In this document: piece after piece, positions 39,537-39,587 of the stretch | Position numbering within the stretch: the first letter of the stretch is position 1 | How the letters are laid out: every line of letters starts with the position of its first letter | Source of the DNA: a virus | Strand: one strand, 5' to 3' | Length of the DNA: 39,587 nucleotides | Virus record (IMG/VR): IMGVR_UViG_2636416074_000001 | Span: 1-39,587 of that record | Position numbers and translations under genes: made by a program | Notes under the pieces: generated by a model | The model's database searches: none | The model's input: the letters and a program-made list of their open reading frames with translations, nothing else | Told to the model about the DNA's origin: nothing

Positions 39537-39587
39537 AGCGTCCCAAGTAGGATTCGAACCTACGACCTACAGCTTAGAAGGCTGTTG
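39537..39587 (-). repeat. attR core (identical to 1-51)
   Basis: Perfect 51-nt match reaching the window edge; the true repeat could be longer. Confidence 0.9.
39539..39587 (-). tRNA. tRNA-Arg (anticodon UCU), 3' portion only; 5' part lies beyond the window
   Basis: Anticodon stem ACAGC/GCTGT, loop CTTCTAA, variable loop AGGTC, T-arm GTAGG-TTCGAAT-CCTAC, acceptor TTGGGAC, discriminator G. CCA is not encoded. Confidence 0.8.

Larger units (their letters stand above)
1..39587. mobile_element. Complete temperate myovirus-type prophage (PBSX/Xkd-like contractile tail) inserted in tRNA-Arg(UCU); window spans attL to attR
   Basis: Identical 51-nt repeat at both ends. Integrase/repressor module at the right end. 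Full replication, packaging, head, tail and lysis modules on the minus strand. Confidence 0.9.

Overview
The window is one apparently complete temperate prophage of about 39.6 kb, from a Bacillales-type (Firmicutes) host. A 51-nt perfect direct repeat bounds it (attL 1-51, attR 39537-39587). The repeat is the 3' half of a minus-strand tRNA-Arg(UCU), and the intact tRNA continues beyond the right edge. The right end carries a plus-strand lysogeny operon: XRE/CI-like repressor, ImmA-like protein and tyrosine integrase. All other genes are on the minus strand. Read from right to left they are: a cro-like and an excisionase-like HTH, many tiny early genes, and a replication module. That module holds a Cas4-like DUF2800 nuclease, a DUF2815-type SSB, a family-A DNA polymerase, a dimeric dUTPase, a sigma-70 family protein with an unusual C-terminal extension, a primase/VirE helicase, an iteron-rich putative origin, a VRR-NUC nuclease, and an SNF2 helicase broken by an in-frame TGA. 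Next come an ArpU/RinA-like late regulator, a terS-like HTH protein, three small genes, terL, portal, MuF-like protein, scaffold, capsid and connectors. The PBSX/Xkd-like contractile tail follows: sheath, tube, a chaperone with a -1 frameshift, tape measure, baseplate and fibres. The left end holds an accessory island of very small genes that each have their own terminator, then holin, amidase endolysin and a terminal moron encoding a glycine-zipper membrane protein. I found no recognisable defence system (no RT, CRISPR, restriction or nuclease-NTPase cassette). The most unusual items are the small-gene island (2030-3043), the terminal moron, the extended sigma protein, the broken Walker A of the SNF2 gene, and several unannotated small membrane-peptide genes. 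All functional calls come from motif recognition by eye; no database search was run.
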